Positions 10,540 to 22,856 of a stretch of DNA of 64,000 nt are shown piece after piece. This DNA is from Anthoceros angustus (lineage: Eukaryota; Plantae; Anthocerotophyta). The stretch spans positions 61,884 through 125,883 of the forward strand of contig MU008180.1 in the NCBI GenBank assembly GCA_010909165.1, given 5' to 3'. The notes under the pieces are model-generated. The model saw nothing but the letters and a program-made list of their open reading frames with translations, did no database searches and had not been told where the DNA came from. A program made the translations under genes and the position numbers. Each line of letters begins with the position of its first letter. Within the stretch, counting starts at the first letter, position 1.

Positions 10540-11533
10540 GACGAAACTATGCCTGTTGATCATGGATGTCCCCGAGGTTTTGATATAGGATCTATGGACA
10601 AAAGGATGGACATCACAAGTATGAGTCTGATGTTCGAGCTTCGGAGAAAACTACATGCGAGGAGTTCGGATTATCGTTATGCATGGTGTGGAGGAAGCAT
10701 ACGGTGAGAGTCTCTAAGGAAGTGGTGCGGAGAGGAGGTATGGTATCATTTGTATGGGACAAGACAAACATGAGCAATGACAAAGGAGGGTTTGAAACCG
10801 TGGAGTACGTGATGAGGGTGGTGTCGAAGGACGGAGTTCCAAGGATAGGGCCACGATGATGCCGAATGCCATGGATGGAATGTTTAACAATGGGAGGACA
10901 GTCATAGCATATGACACTGTGGTGAAAAAGCAGGTTTACCTATCTAACGACAAGCTGGTGGTATGCCCGTACCAAAGGCCGCTGGGCCTTATGATGAAGC
11001 TCATAAAAACATTTTCGAAGGAAGGGGACTGGGTGCTTGATGCATGCTCTGGGAGCGGAACGACCATTTTAGCAGCCTTGCTTTGTGGACGTCACTGTAT
11101 CGCCATAGAGGCGGACTTGAGGTGTGCAGGCTATATTCCGCAACGCATCCATGGGCACGAGGTCCTGCCAGACGCAAAAGAAGAGCTCACTTTCGAGCCT
11201 CATCGGAGAGGCCCCTCCCAGTTTTGGGCGAAGGAAGTATGCATCAGTGAGAAGGATGGTTTAAAGGCTCAGGTGGTTCCCCTCACTGCGAAAAGAATGA
11301 TGAGAACAACTGGAGAGCTCTTAGACGTGGGACAGCAGACTTTGAATGCTGTTTGGGAGCAATCTGCTAGGGGGACGGAGTCGAAGGGTGACGGAGGCGA
11401 AAGGCGAGCCTGGAAGAAAATGACGTTCGGCGAGGAGGAGATGGAACGATTGCGCAATGTTGCGTGGTTATGGATTGATGTCGGCTCAGCGCGGATGAGT
11501 CGCATGAGCCCACCTCATATTCCTCCGATTTAG
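10540..11533 (+). pseudogene. Beta-class DNA amino-methyltransferase (N6_N4_Mtase-like), frameshifted in its 5' half
   Basis: LLIMDVP at 10553-10573 (catalytic DPPY-like position), FVWDKTN...ETVEYV from 10749, and open ORF 10856-11533 with CPYQRPLGLMMKLIKTFSKEGDWVLDACSGSGTTILAALLCGRHCIAIE. This matches the HPTQKP...GDxVLDPFxGSGTT..AA...GR..IGIE signature, with the SAM-binding motif C-terminal. Confidence 0.8.
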
Positions 11534-11775
11534 AGTAGGTAGGTTGAAAGTATAGGTCCTACTTAGGAGGGATCACATTTTTGTTGTATAGTGAGCCGCC
11601 CGGTGGTTCGGGACATTGAAGTCAATGGCTTGGAAGTTGAGATAGGCGTGGCGGGGGCGGCGGCGGCGCCTAATGGAACAATGGGCTGAAACTATGTTGT
11701 ATGCATGTCGCGTCCATATGAACTTGAATTTCCCGCTATTTTCAATATAACGCCGTAAGCTCGAACAGGCTGCAT

Positions 11776-12930
11776 TTGTGCAAGAGGGTCCGACCCCAAT
11801 CGAAGAGGGTTTGTATATTCACCCCCTTGCAAACTGATGTGCTGAGCACATCAGTGAGTAGAAGGGAAGAACCAATTCGAAAGTCACTGAGCCAGTGCCC
11901 GCTATTGAGAGGCCAGAGTCATCGCCAAGGAGAACAAAGCGATGAAGAACATCAGCCGCCGAATATGTCGTAAACATGTGTTTGGGTCGTGACATAGAGC
12001 GTGGCTCGCAGAGTGAGCACCAAGATTTATACTTAGATGCAACCAAACAAACTGTTAAAGCAATGTCGGTCTTGGAATTATGCCTTGCTTTAGTAACAAC
12101 CACTGTGTTAGCGGTTTTGGTGTCCCGCTTGGGCTCACTAGCCTTCTTCTTACGGCATTCCTGCTCCCAGTGTCCTTGGGCTTTGCACCAATTACATGTC
12201 CCCTTACGTCTAGGAGTTGAGGAAGAATTGGATGTAGAAGGCCCAGAGGAGGTGGTACCAGGAGTGGAAGGCCGGCGGTTGGCATTTGGGTTCCTGCACT
12301 TGTTGAATTGTTGTCGACCTTTGGTGACAAACATCACCCTATCACCACCATGTTTCGAGGTGCCAGCATTGAACCTAGAAGCCTCTTCTTGTAAAAGAGC
12401 ACCAGCTATCTCGGAGATAGAAATTGAAGGTGTCTTATTAGCACGACTTGATGAGCTTCACGTACAGTGCCATTCTGTGAAGAAACAAAAGATTGAAAAG
12501 TCGGCCTAGCGGGAGTCGACCGAAGCTTTGAACTCTGTTAATGGAGTCCCCAAAGCAGCAAGTTGAGCACGCAGATACCGAAACTTGCTCACATGAGTAG
12601 CAACACTGTCAGAAGGCTGCATTCTTAAAGAATAAAATTCATTGCGAACCGTGACCAATGTCATAACGTTGGTGGATTGGTAAATATCCGTGATCTGCCT
12701 CCAAGCTTCTGCTGAGGTGAGGGCACCATCGGTGTGATGGAGAGTGACTTCGTCCGGGCGAAATAAGCATGTGCATAGCACTCTCTTGCCTTGTCCATGA
12801 GTCGAGGCGGGTGAAGGTCCGGTGGTTCGGAGAGAGCCATCAACGATGGCAAGAAGATCTCAGTATTTAGAGGCCTTCATCCGCTTAGACCAAACTTCAA
12901 ACTTGGTGCTAAAACGGTCTTTCTCCTTAA
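11776..12930 (-). mobile_element. Ty1/copia gag-protease remnant
   Basis: UBN2-type gag (AWRQITDIYQSTNVMTLVTVRNEFYSLRMQPSDSVATHVSKFRYLRAQLAALG), CCHC knuckle CNWCKAQGHWEQEC, and a degenerate protease (W..HM). Contains stops and frameshifts. Confidence 0.85.
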
Positions 12931-14310
12931 AATCCGTACTCACATTCATAACATGAATGATTGGAGCAGGAGGAGAAGGTGCCGTTGTTGGTGGTGTAGG
13001 TGGAGGAGTAGCCATCTTGAAAACTTGTGATTATTATTGAGCGACTTTGTGTTATGACGCAAAACCAAGAATTCGCGTCAATAACCAAGCTTGTGAATGT
13101 AAATAGAGATGTACTGCTCACAATAACTGCACCACACTCACAACACGGGCTCAGAGGGCCCAAAATCAAGTTCGTGTTAATGTGATTCACGAATCAAAAG
13201 TGGATTCGATTCGAACGTTCAGAATGAAACCAAATTGGTGTTGATTTGTGTGATTGAATGCCAGACGACTTGATCTTGTTAGATGCGTTCTTTGTAGCTC
13301 TTGCTTGTGCCTCACCAAGTTTGTACTCCTTGTAGACTGTCTCCGTGGGTTACTTAGTTTTTTTTTTGCAAGCGATCTGTAGACTAGAAGCGGGGGGCGG
13401 GAGCGGGAGGGGGAAGGGGAAGGGAGGGGAGAGGGAGGGTTGGAGAAAGCCGGGTAGTCAGCAATTTAGAATCTCCATAGCTTTCTCATGGCTTCACTGG
13501 AGTCAGAGTTGGGGACGGCAATCACATGATTTTATGTGTCAAGTTTTAGCGTCCGATGTGGAAGCCATGGTCTGCCGCGAAGTGTGAAGCGGAAACGGGG
13601 GTTTGAGTTTGGGGAACGCCTGATGCGGGAATGTTTTGTTCGTCACCGGACAGCCGGTGGCTATGAGCCAACGGTCAAGGTCACATGGCATGGACTGGAG
13701 GGGCGGTTATATGTGAACTACACCATATCGGTTTTCCAATACTTTATTAGTGAGAAATGTATACATCAGCATATACTTTGTACCTTGGGGATGTATATTT
13801 GAATAATATTATTCCATGTTTTTTACATGGATAACCCTAAGGCCAAACAAAATGAGCTTAGTGATGCATTCGTCAATTGTGTAACATGACGGTCTACACT
13901 TTTCCATATGCCGCTAAAGGTAGCTTTGGTCGTAATGTATCCCAAAAGTGACAGTTGAAATAAAGCCTAAATAAATGATCTAGTCCAGATAAATTTATAA
14001 GGATCTCTACTTTTCTCCCGAATGCCTCTTTTGTTTAACCATGAGACATCGAGGTGTGGAAATATTGCCAATAAATTTCAAGTTTTGATGAAGTGGAATG
14101 GGTTTGGGTGTCTGTCGTGGTATTTTTAGCACTAGTTTCCACAAACCCTCAAAATCAACGTTTCAAGTTTACTTAAGCGAAAATTTTGATGACAAATTTG
14201 GCCCGTCTCCTGAAAGTGGAGTGTGTCACTAGCCCTAAGGAGACCTTGTTTTAGGACCTCTTGAATTTTGTCTCAGTGTTCAAATCCTTCAAGAAAGAAA
14301 GGCTAGTACA

Positions 14311-15180
14311 CTAACTCTTCTTCAATCCAAGTATGTACTCCAGATCCTAGACATGTCTAAGCTATTAGATGCACGTCCTGCACCCACTCCACTCCCAATG
14401 GGAGTTAAGATTACCTCTGAGGACTGTCCCACAACCGAAGTGAAGAAAGAGGATATAGCAAAAGCGCCCTACATAAGTGTAGTTGGCGACTTAGTCTACC
14501 TACATGGCTGGACAAGCTACGACATATTGTATGCTACCTCGAGTGTTGAACAATTCATGGCCAACCCTGGCAGGGCACATTAGATGCGTGTAAAAGGGAT
14601 TTACAGGTACTTAAGGGAACAACCCATCGTGGATTCACCTATAAGAGGTCAAGCAATGAAGTGTCAAGCAATGGAGGTCAAGAAATGGAGTGCTCAAGCA
14701 ATGGAATGCTTAACTTGGAGGGCTGGTCAGATGCCGACTGGGCATCCAACCCTGATGCCCGACGAAGTGTTGCAGCTTATATCTTTACCTTGGGGAGGAT
14801 CAGCCCTATCATTATCAAGCAAGAAGCTTGCTACCATTTCCACATATAGCACCGAGAGTGAATACGGTGACAAACAAGTTGTGCACTGCAAGCAGCTTCT
14901 TGAAGATCTTGACCACTCACAAGTTGACCCTACTGTTGTGCACCGTGACAACACTGCAGCCATTGCTCTGACCAAGCACGCCACTCACAAGCTGACCCTA
15001 CTATTGTGCACCGTGACAACACTGCAGCCATTGCTCTGACCAAGCACAACATATTCCATGTTAGAACAAGGCATAGGTTCCTATCACTTCATTAGGCAGC
15101 TCGCAGCTAGAAGCATCGTTAAGCTCTCGTATGTTCCTACATAGTCTAATCTTGTTGATCTTCTCACGAAGTCATTAGGC
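14311..15180 (+). mobile_element. Ty1/copia RT C-terminus/RNase H remnant
   Basis: QSKYVLQIL...PAPTPLP...PYISVVGDLVYL, LEGWSDADWASNPDARRSV, STESEY, DNTAAIAL; multiple stops. Confidence 0.9.
14914..15047. repeat. 68-bp tandem duplication
   Basis: CACTCACAAG(T/C)TGACCCTACT... at 14914 and 14982, two mismatches. Confidence 0.9.
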
Positions 15181-15559
15181 CAATTTCATTGCTGGACCGT
15201 CACTAAACAGTTCGACGCTCTAAGTTAACAAGCCTCTTGTTCACCGCATCATGAACCGTCACACCTCCCCATTACTGCACCTCCCACAAACAAGACAATC
15301 ACGAACGCTCAAATGCCACAATCAAGACAATCACGAATGCTCAAATGACTGAAATTGTAAGACACGCTTAATGCTACATGCGCCGAACGCACCAACATTT
15401 GTTCCAGTTTTTTTTTTTTAATTTGGTATTTTGAAAATAAATCAAAACAACCCCGGGGGAGAAATCTTCAGCAAGGGTCTGATTCCCCTATGTTACACAT
15501 CGTATCATCCCAACAGGAACAGACTTTACTCTTCCCGAGGTCATCTTTTGTTCCAGATG

Positions 15560-16900
15560 TCACGCTTCTCGAACGCCACAGCCGGCCCTCCCTCCTCCTG
15601 GGGTTGGTTGCTCTCCCTCCAGCTGGGGAAACATCTTACCCTCCTTGAACCTCCTGAAGGCTCCTTCCAGTATCTTCTCCACCAGCTCGGGGGGCACATC
15701 CTTGGAGAACTCCGTCTCAACCCCTGTGCTGTACACGGTGGCTTCCACAGGACAGCCCTGCGTGAGCCTGTCTAGCAGAGGCTAAATCAGGGCTTCCGCA
15801 ATCGGAGCTTGCTTCTTAGGGCCAGCCTGGTGGCTGTCCCGTTCCACTTCCAGGCCTTCTCCGGAGTGCCCAGCTGCATCAATTCCGCGCTCTTGCTTCT
15901 TCCCCTCTCCTCAGTCGGAGAAAGGATCCGGACGGGAAGAGCGGCCCGCTTGCCAAGCCCTTCCCTCGAGACCAGAAAGCCCAATTCCAGGGCGGCCGGC
16001 TCTCCTCCATCTGTTTCGACTCGGCAGATCCTCGTCGTGAAGCCGACTCCATGGGTGATCCATTCCCGCCCGAGCCGCGCCTCCGCGGCGATGAAGATAG
16101 CTCCATGGGCGAACCATTCCCGCCTAAGCCGCGCCTTTGCGGCCTGCGGCGAGCTGAGGGCGGCCGGTGGGAGTGCCAGCCACGGGATCTCTTCCGCTCC
16201 ACGGGATCCTTGTCTTTGTGGCGACCTCGGGGGGGAGGCGATAGAATTCGTTCATCAGATTGCCGCGTTGGTTCCTTGCCCTGGTCGGTTTCTGTCTGGC
16301 GGAAGCGCTTTTTGTAGCTGCAGTAGGCGCCCTAGGCCTGTCCCTGTCCCTGTCCCTGGGTGGGGACACTGATCTCTCACGCCACTCTGGATAGCTTGGA
16401 TCTTCCTTTCTCGCCTGTCTGCTTGTGGGTTGCCTTGCAGTCACTGGAGACCCTGATCTGTCACGTCATTCCACGGTTTTCTCTCTAGGAGAAGATTTTT
16501 GTGACACACCGGGAGTGGCAATGGGAGCAGGTGCTTCCTTAGCAGGAGCTGCAGGGGCAGCCTCTAGATCTGCTGCGGGGGCACCTGCTTCCTCGAGACG
16601 ATGATCTCTCGCGGTCCGGAGGACTCCTGTTCCCCTTTCTCGGTGACAAACTGGAGGCTGGTCTAAGCAGCCTGCCAGACGTGTTCTCGTTGCAGACGTC
16701 TCGGCCGACTTTTTGCCTTTCACATTGCTTCTCTCAGGCTTGAGGATGACCTCGCTGGCCATCGATGGATCATCGTAGTACGCAGGTTGATCGGGTGCTT
16801 CTCTCAGGCTTGAGGATGAACTCGCTGGCCATCGATGGATCATCGTAGTACGCAGATTGATCGGGCTGCAAGGCCTGCGCATCCTGCGTCCCACCTGCAG
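15560..16900 (-). CDS. Uncharacterised, probably spliced coding region (S/R/P-rich, then a possibly globular last exon)
   Basis: GC3-rich exon-like segment 15560-15760 (VYSTGVETEFSKDVPPELVEKILEGAFRRFKEGKMFP) preceded by low-complexity frames. The exon structure is unresolved and this may be the 3' end of the coiled-coil gene. Confidence 0.35.
16727..16866. repeat. 70-bp tandem duplication
   Basis: GCTTCTCTCAGGCTTGAGGATGA... at 16727 and 16797, two mismatches. Confidence 0.9.
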
Positions 16901-18066
16901 TGTCTGCTTCCGTTTACGGCGTCACGCTCTTCGTCGTCGTCTTTCGGTCCCGCCCGGGCGGATGGGTTAGCGTTCTTTGATTTGGGAAGCGCTGGTTTTT
17001 CTGCTGTAGTCAGATTTTTGGCGAGCGAAGGCCAGCAGGTGAGAGACATACAGACTACTTGGCAAACTAGATGACAGTAGCAAAGTGGCATCCCATGGTG
17101 TGTTTTACCATGGTACTAAACACTTGTGCGGCTTGCGTCTGATGGAGAAAGAGCCTGGACGTCAGTGTCAAGTGATGAGGGTTGTGATACATACCACTTA
17201 CAGCGGAAGGGCCACCGAATCTTCTGTTTTCGAGAAGGCAGGGTTGGCTCGCTCCAGACATCTTTTCTAGGGGAATGAGCAAAATGACGGCAGGTCCATG
17301 ACTTCCAAGGTCGGATATCCCATCTTCTCCCTGGGGTTTCGACTCCTAACGGTAGCAGCCATCTCACAATGAGAGGCTGGAGCATAGCTAAACTTGAATT
17401 TTTTTTTTCAGCACCAGGGATTTAGCGAAATTCGCTAGCTGCTTTTACCCACTGCCAGTTAATCAGGTGCGTTCAGTCAGGCTGCAGCGAAACCTCCGGA
17501 AGGTGAATGCAGTTCAAAAAATGTAGGCATTGACAACCTTATCTCAAGAACCTTGGAGAAATTGTGCTCAAAGTAATGCTAAACAGCAGCAATTCAGTTC
17601 AATTACATTGAGCTGAAAATAGCGGCTGAACATAAGGTCTGAAGCTCCACATTCCGCAATCTCATGGCCTTTCTCCCGAGAGGATACTCCATCTCTTCCT
17701 GTTCAAGCTGTGGCTGAAGCGATCCAACACGGATTGCAATGTGGCCAGAAGCGCAAGCGGCAAATCGGTGGGGACAAGACGGCGGTACCTTGCGAGTCCT
17801 CTCAGAACAATTTCACCTTCTCCATGACATGTATGATCGGATCCAGGATTCCAGGCACGAGGCTGGCCTGGCCCGCCTAAGCGACTGCCGACGGCGGCAA
17901 GGGTTTCACTGCGCGCAGGAGGCGAAGAGATGAGAAACGCCATGAGACGTCTTATAGACCGGTTTGCTTTCCTTTCACGCTCATGTGACAAAGTTTCGCC
18001 GAAACCAACCGTCGGCACGGGCGAAACACTCTTTGTTCGTCTACATGGTGGTCTACATTCAGCATC

Positions 18067-21000
18067 TCATTTGAGACTCGAGAGCTGTTGCTGTTTAGGG
18101 TCCAAGTTTGGCACGGGAGCGGTTCCTTGCTCTCACCAAGCTCACCAAAATTACCAAAACGCACAGGATTAGTGGGTGGATTATTCCCCGCTCAGCCCCT
18201 GTTAACCACATTGCAGTGTGGCGTCAAGCATGAGTCCACAAGACACATGCTCTTAGCAGCTTGGAAAGACGGTGAACGTTCAGAGGGAAGATGGGCACCA
18301 AGGCAGCAATAGAGCATGATGGCCTGAGCTAGTGTCAAGGCTCCTACTTTCTTGGCCAGGCCAACAAGAGTGTGATCACGCTGGGACAGGGCCTTCACCT
18401 GGCAGTGCAGGGCAATGCCACATGCAGATTTTGTGATGTTAGATGTTTGCCAGGAGCGGCAGGCTGGAGGCGCTGTGCATGCCCGAGTGGCTCACCTGAT
18501 TTGCAAGAAACTGGAGCCTTGCACCGCCTTCCGCTCGACGCGCCTGCGGCTGGGGCTGGGCTTGCTCGCCGGAACTCTTGCGTGATTCCAGCTGCAGCAG
18601 ATGAGCCCGCATCTGGTGCCACGCTGCTCTGTGCTGGTCCAGCTGTTTCTTGATCTTCTCGCACTGCTGGTCCACCGCCTGCAGGACTGAGGGACGCAGT
18701 TGTTGTTGCGGGTCCCTTGTGTCGGCTGCTTGGTTGGAATTGGCGTTCTCTACCGAATGGATTGCTACGCGCTCAGGCTGGCGGTCATCCTCCGACTCGC
18801 GCATGCGCTGCCTGGCTCGTAATTCTTGTGCTTCCTCTTCTTTGCGGAAGAGTAGAGTCTCCAGCTCCTGCTGCTGCAGCTGCTCGGCTACATGCTGTCT
18901 CATGAGCTTCGCCAGTTCTTGTTCCTTCAGCCCTAGCGCTTCTTGCTGAACCAGCCTCTCGTCCTCTTGCTCCTTCAACCTCTCCTGGAGATCCGAGATC
19001 CTTTGTTGCAGGTCCTGGTACCCCGGCGACTCTAGTGATGGCCTGGGGCTGCGCAGGGCCAGCCTCTCGTCGTCTTGCTCCTTGACCATTGCCTGCAGAT
19101 CAGCGATCCTTTGTTGGAGATCCTGGTAGCTATAGGTCGAGTCTTTCACGCCCTTGGCACCAAGAACTTCGTGCATTTTGAAAATACTTCCTCGCTCGAT
19201 TGCGCCTCCATACAAGTAGATCACCTGTAGAGATCATTGTTTCAAGAGCAGGTGCGGGGATTCGTGAGCATCTCGCTCACGGCCGTGACCTTGGCTCCGG
19301 CCCAGCCAGCAAGTGCTAGTGCAACCGCATTTGCAATTGCTAGCAGCGTAGGATCTGCGATATACCTGTCTGATCAGTAGGTCAAGCTTGGCCTCTGCCA
19401 TTATTCTTCGATCCTCCTCATCCTGGAGTCTCCTCAGCAGAAGCTGCTCAGGGCCTTCCCCTGGGACTTCTACGAAGCCCGCACTCTCTGGTCTCTCCTC
19501 CGCATCATCCTCTGGTTGCTCACGCCAAGAAGACCACTCGTCGATTTCCTTAGCCAGCTGCTCTTCGAGCTGAGCTCGCAGCGCCTCCTGCTGATAAGGG
19601 TCGACTTGCTCAAGCTCCTTGTTACTGCCTCCCACCTCCTCCTGATCCCTTCTCCAGTCGTCCACCTCCGTCAGCAGCTGGTGTTCAAGGGCCTTCCTTA
19701 GTGCCTTCTGTTGCTCCAAATCCTTCTGCAGCAACTCTATTTCCCTATCCTTCTCCATGAGCATCTCCTCACGAGCTAGGGATTCCTGAGCCCGCTCCTC
19801 ATAGTAACCCAGATGCTCCTCCAGTGCTTGTATCTCACCTTCGTACTTGAACACTGTAGCTTTGTACTCTTCCAGCTGTGACTCGTAGGTCTCGATATCC
19901 CTTTGCTGAGTGCTTAGCCTGTCCTCTCCCTCCTCATATATTTTCTTTTGCTCAGCTAACTTCCTTTGGTCCTCCTCATGTTCAATCTTCAATTCTTGCA
20001 CCTTGTCTAACATTTCGTTTTGACCTTTCACCTGTTCTTCCAACCTCCTCCGCTCTAGCCCAAGAATCTCAACTTGCTCCTCTTGCTTTTGCAGTTTTTT
20101 CTCGTGGCAGTCTCGGATGCCTTGGAGCTCTTGCAGTTTGACTTCATCAGCCTGACACAGTGCTTTCAGCTGCTGTACGTAAGTTTCTAGCTCCTTTTGT
20201 TTCGCGGCCACACTGTGCTGGTCTTCAGTGGTCGTTGCTAGCTGGCTCATCAACACCTGTAGCTCTTTCTGTTGCTCTTCAAGCTTCCTTTCATGGGCAT
20301 CACGGATATAACCCAGCTCTTCGAACCGTCTTGCCTCCGCCGCGCTCCTTTCTTTCAAGGCGCTGAGCTCCTCCGAAAGTGATTCCGCGACTTTCTGCTG
20401 CACTGCCAAGGAATATCTGCTTTTCTCGTCTGCGGCTACCAAGGCGGCCGTCATTGACTCAAGCTGTTTCTCCTGCTCTTGCAGCTTCGCTTCATCTGCA
20501 TCAAGCAAGCCTTTGAGGTCCTCCATCTTCCTTTTGTCTTCCTCTTGGGTGGTCTTCAGTTCCTCGTGTGCTGCTTGTTGCAGTTGAAGCCTTCTCTCGC
20601 TTGCGTCACGTTCGCTCTTCAAATCTTCCAGCTTTCTTTCGTTCTCAGCAAGTTTATGCTTCAGCTGTTCTGCGTAATTCTCGGCAGCTTGTTGTTGGGC
20701 TGCAAGACTCTCTCTCCCCTGTGCTTCTGCAGCAGCTAGCTCCTCGGTCAAGGAGTCCAGCGCTTGTTGCTGCTTCAAAATCCGCTGTGCACTTTCATCA
20801 GCTAATGTCTTCAATTCTAACATTTTCCGACGATCTTCATCGTGCAAACTAGTCAGCTGTTGGTACAGAGAAGTTTGCTCTTCCATTTCCCTTTGGTTGG
20901 CATCAAGTTCACGTCTGAACTCATCGGTTCTTCTCTCTTCAGCTTCACGTGCCCTCCGCAGCTCATCCTGGTACGCCGCAATAGCCTGCTGGTCCTCTTC

Positions 21001-22856
21001 AAGCCTCCTGGCACTGTCCTCCTCAGCACTTTGTATTTTCATTTTGAAGAAGTCAATCTCGTGCTCTTGAGTTCTCATCTTCCTCTCATTTGTCTCACAC
21101 AACACTCTATGCTCTTCTACTCTTTGTTGGCACTCAACTCGCAAGCTTTTCAAAGTTTTGATCTCTGCTGCTTGCTCCTGCAGCTTTTTCTCATGTTCAT
21201 CCCGTTCATCCCTGAGTTGGTTTAACAGCCCGACATCCACATCACGCTGGCTCGTCAGTTCCCGTTCATAGGCCCTGACCGCCTCGGTATGTGCTTGGCG
21301 GCTCAGTCCAGTTTCTTCCTCTGCTGCTGATAGCTTCTGTTTCAGAATGTCCAGATCTCCCAACAGCTCCTCAATTTTGGCTTCGCTTGCATCTCGATTC
21401 CTCTTCAAGGCGTCGTACTCTACCAGGCTTCTGTCCCGTAAATCCGTCAAGTCTTGTACTTTCCGCTGCAACTCTTGCACTTTCTGTTCACGCGAAAGAT
21501 TGGAAAGTTCTTCAGACAATTTATCTTCCAACCTTTTCGCACTTTCTTCTCTGAGAATCCGCTGCTGTTCCTTGTATGCGTCAAGCAGCTGTTCTTGAGC
21601 CTCCAGACTTTTCGCGACCTTATTTTCAGCGACTTTTAGCTTGATGGACATAGACTCGAGCTCTTCTTCCTTTCTAGTAAGGTCTTTGCAGAGGGGGTCA
21701 AATGCTCTTTTCAGGTTCTCGAGTAGCTCTGTGCTCGACGCATACAATCCTCTTATTTCGTCAACAGTCTGTTGGTTCTCTACCAACCTCTTTTCATACG
21801 CATCATGCTCTCTCTTTGCCTCCATTAGGTTTCTCTCGTCTTGCTCTCGCACACGGTGCAGTTCTTGACTACAGGCTTCAAAAGCTTGGCGTTGAGCTGC
21901 CAGGTTTTTCTCGTTTTCTTGTTCCTGGGATGCTAGCTTGCGCTTGAGGGAATCAATCAACGCTTGCTGCTCTTGCACCTTCCTGTCCCTGGCATCAGTT
22001 TCTCCGAAATTTAGGATGGCCTGAAGCCCAACCTGGTCTCCCTGCCGCTCGACGCTCCTGTGGTTTTGCAGGTCGGCAAGCTGTTTCTGCATGTCTCGCA
22101 ACCTCTTCTCCTTTGCATCTCGTTCGGACTTCAGCTCTTGCAATTCTTGTACGTCTGCATCACGCTGCCTTTTCAACTCCCTGAGTTCGTTATTCTGCTC
22201 TTCTAAGATTTGGCTGTATGCTTCAAACTCGCTGTCGAGTTCTGTCAGCTTTCTTCCATCCTGCGGGGTTCTGGCCCCTGCTTGGTCATCACTACTTCCC
22301 CTTACATCCCCTAGCAATGGTTGCACTGAATCTCCATCAGCTCCCCCCTCCATTCTTAGTCCCTGCTTTTGCATCCTTCCTTCTTGCAGGAAATCGCGTC
22401 CTTCGCCAAGCGGGCGAAGCGCTTGGCGAAACGGTTTAAACTCCGCAGGTTCCTTACACCCGCCACTCGTCAGCTCTCTATCACCGAGCTTTCGGACATC
22501 ACCTGGCTGCTGTACGACCTGCACCCGCACAGGGAGAAGTCCACACACTCTACGACTTGAGAGCTTTACCCGAAGGCTGACAACGCACAATTGCTCGCCA
22601 TTGAATTGGGGGAGGTCCCTACCTTCTTCGGCAGTTCATCAACGGGAATCTGCGAGGGTCGGGGGATCAAGCCAATCTGCTCATCTTCTCCAAGATCAGT
22701 GATGAGGTTCGCTTTTCTAACCCAGTCCCGAAAATCCGTGAGTGCCCGTGCCGGGTCGCTTCTCTGCAGCGCGGCGTTGTCCGGATTGCTTTTGATCCAG
22801 AGGCCGATGAACCTTTCACGCGCTTGAGTCCTCAGTCTTATCTTATCGTCCACCAT
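18067..22856 (-). CDS. Large E/Q/K/L-rich coiled-coil protein (~1,400+ aa), spliced
   Basis: Exons inferred with GT-AG sites: 22856-22623, 22518-19366 and 19224-~18495, plus short 3' exons (VKALSQRDHTLVGLAKK; LSSLK*). Long open frames with heptad character. Both gene ends are tentative. Confidence 0.8.

Noticed and set aside
1110-11605. 11-bp inverted match CACCGGGCGGC (1110) / GCCGCCCGGTG (11595) bracketing the ParB-MTase gene as possible TIRs
   Set aside because: Short, GC-rich, no matching target-site duplication, and not a recognised TIR start; plausible by chance.
13195-13225. PBS or LTR for the copia gag remnant
   Set aside because: Only a poor match (TGGTTTCATTC, minus strand) to TGGTATCAGAGC, and no paired LTR found.
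13392-13443. G-rich purine tract with G-quadruplex potential
   Set aside because: No supporting context; such tracts are common.
20160-22702. Plus-strand S/L/F-rich ORFs
   Set aside because: Antisense of the coiled-coil exon.
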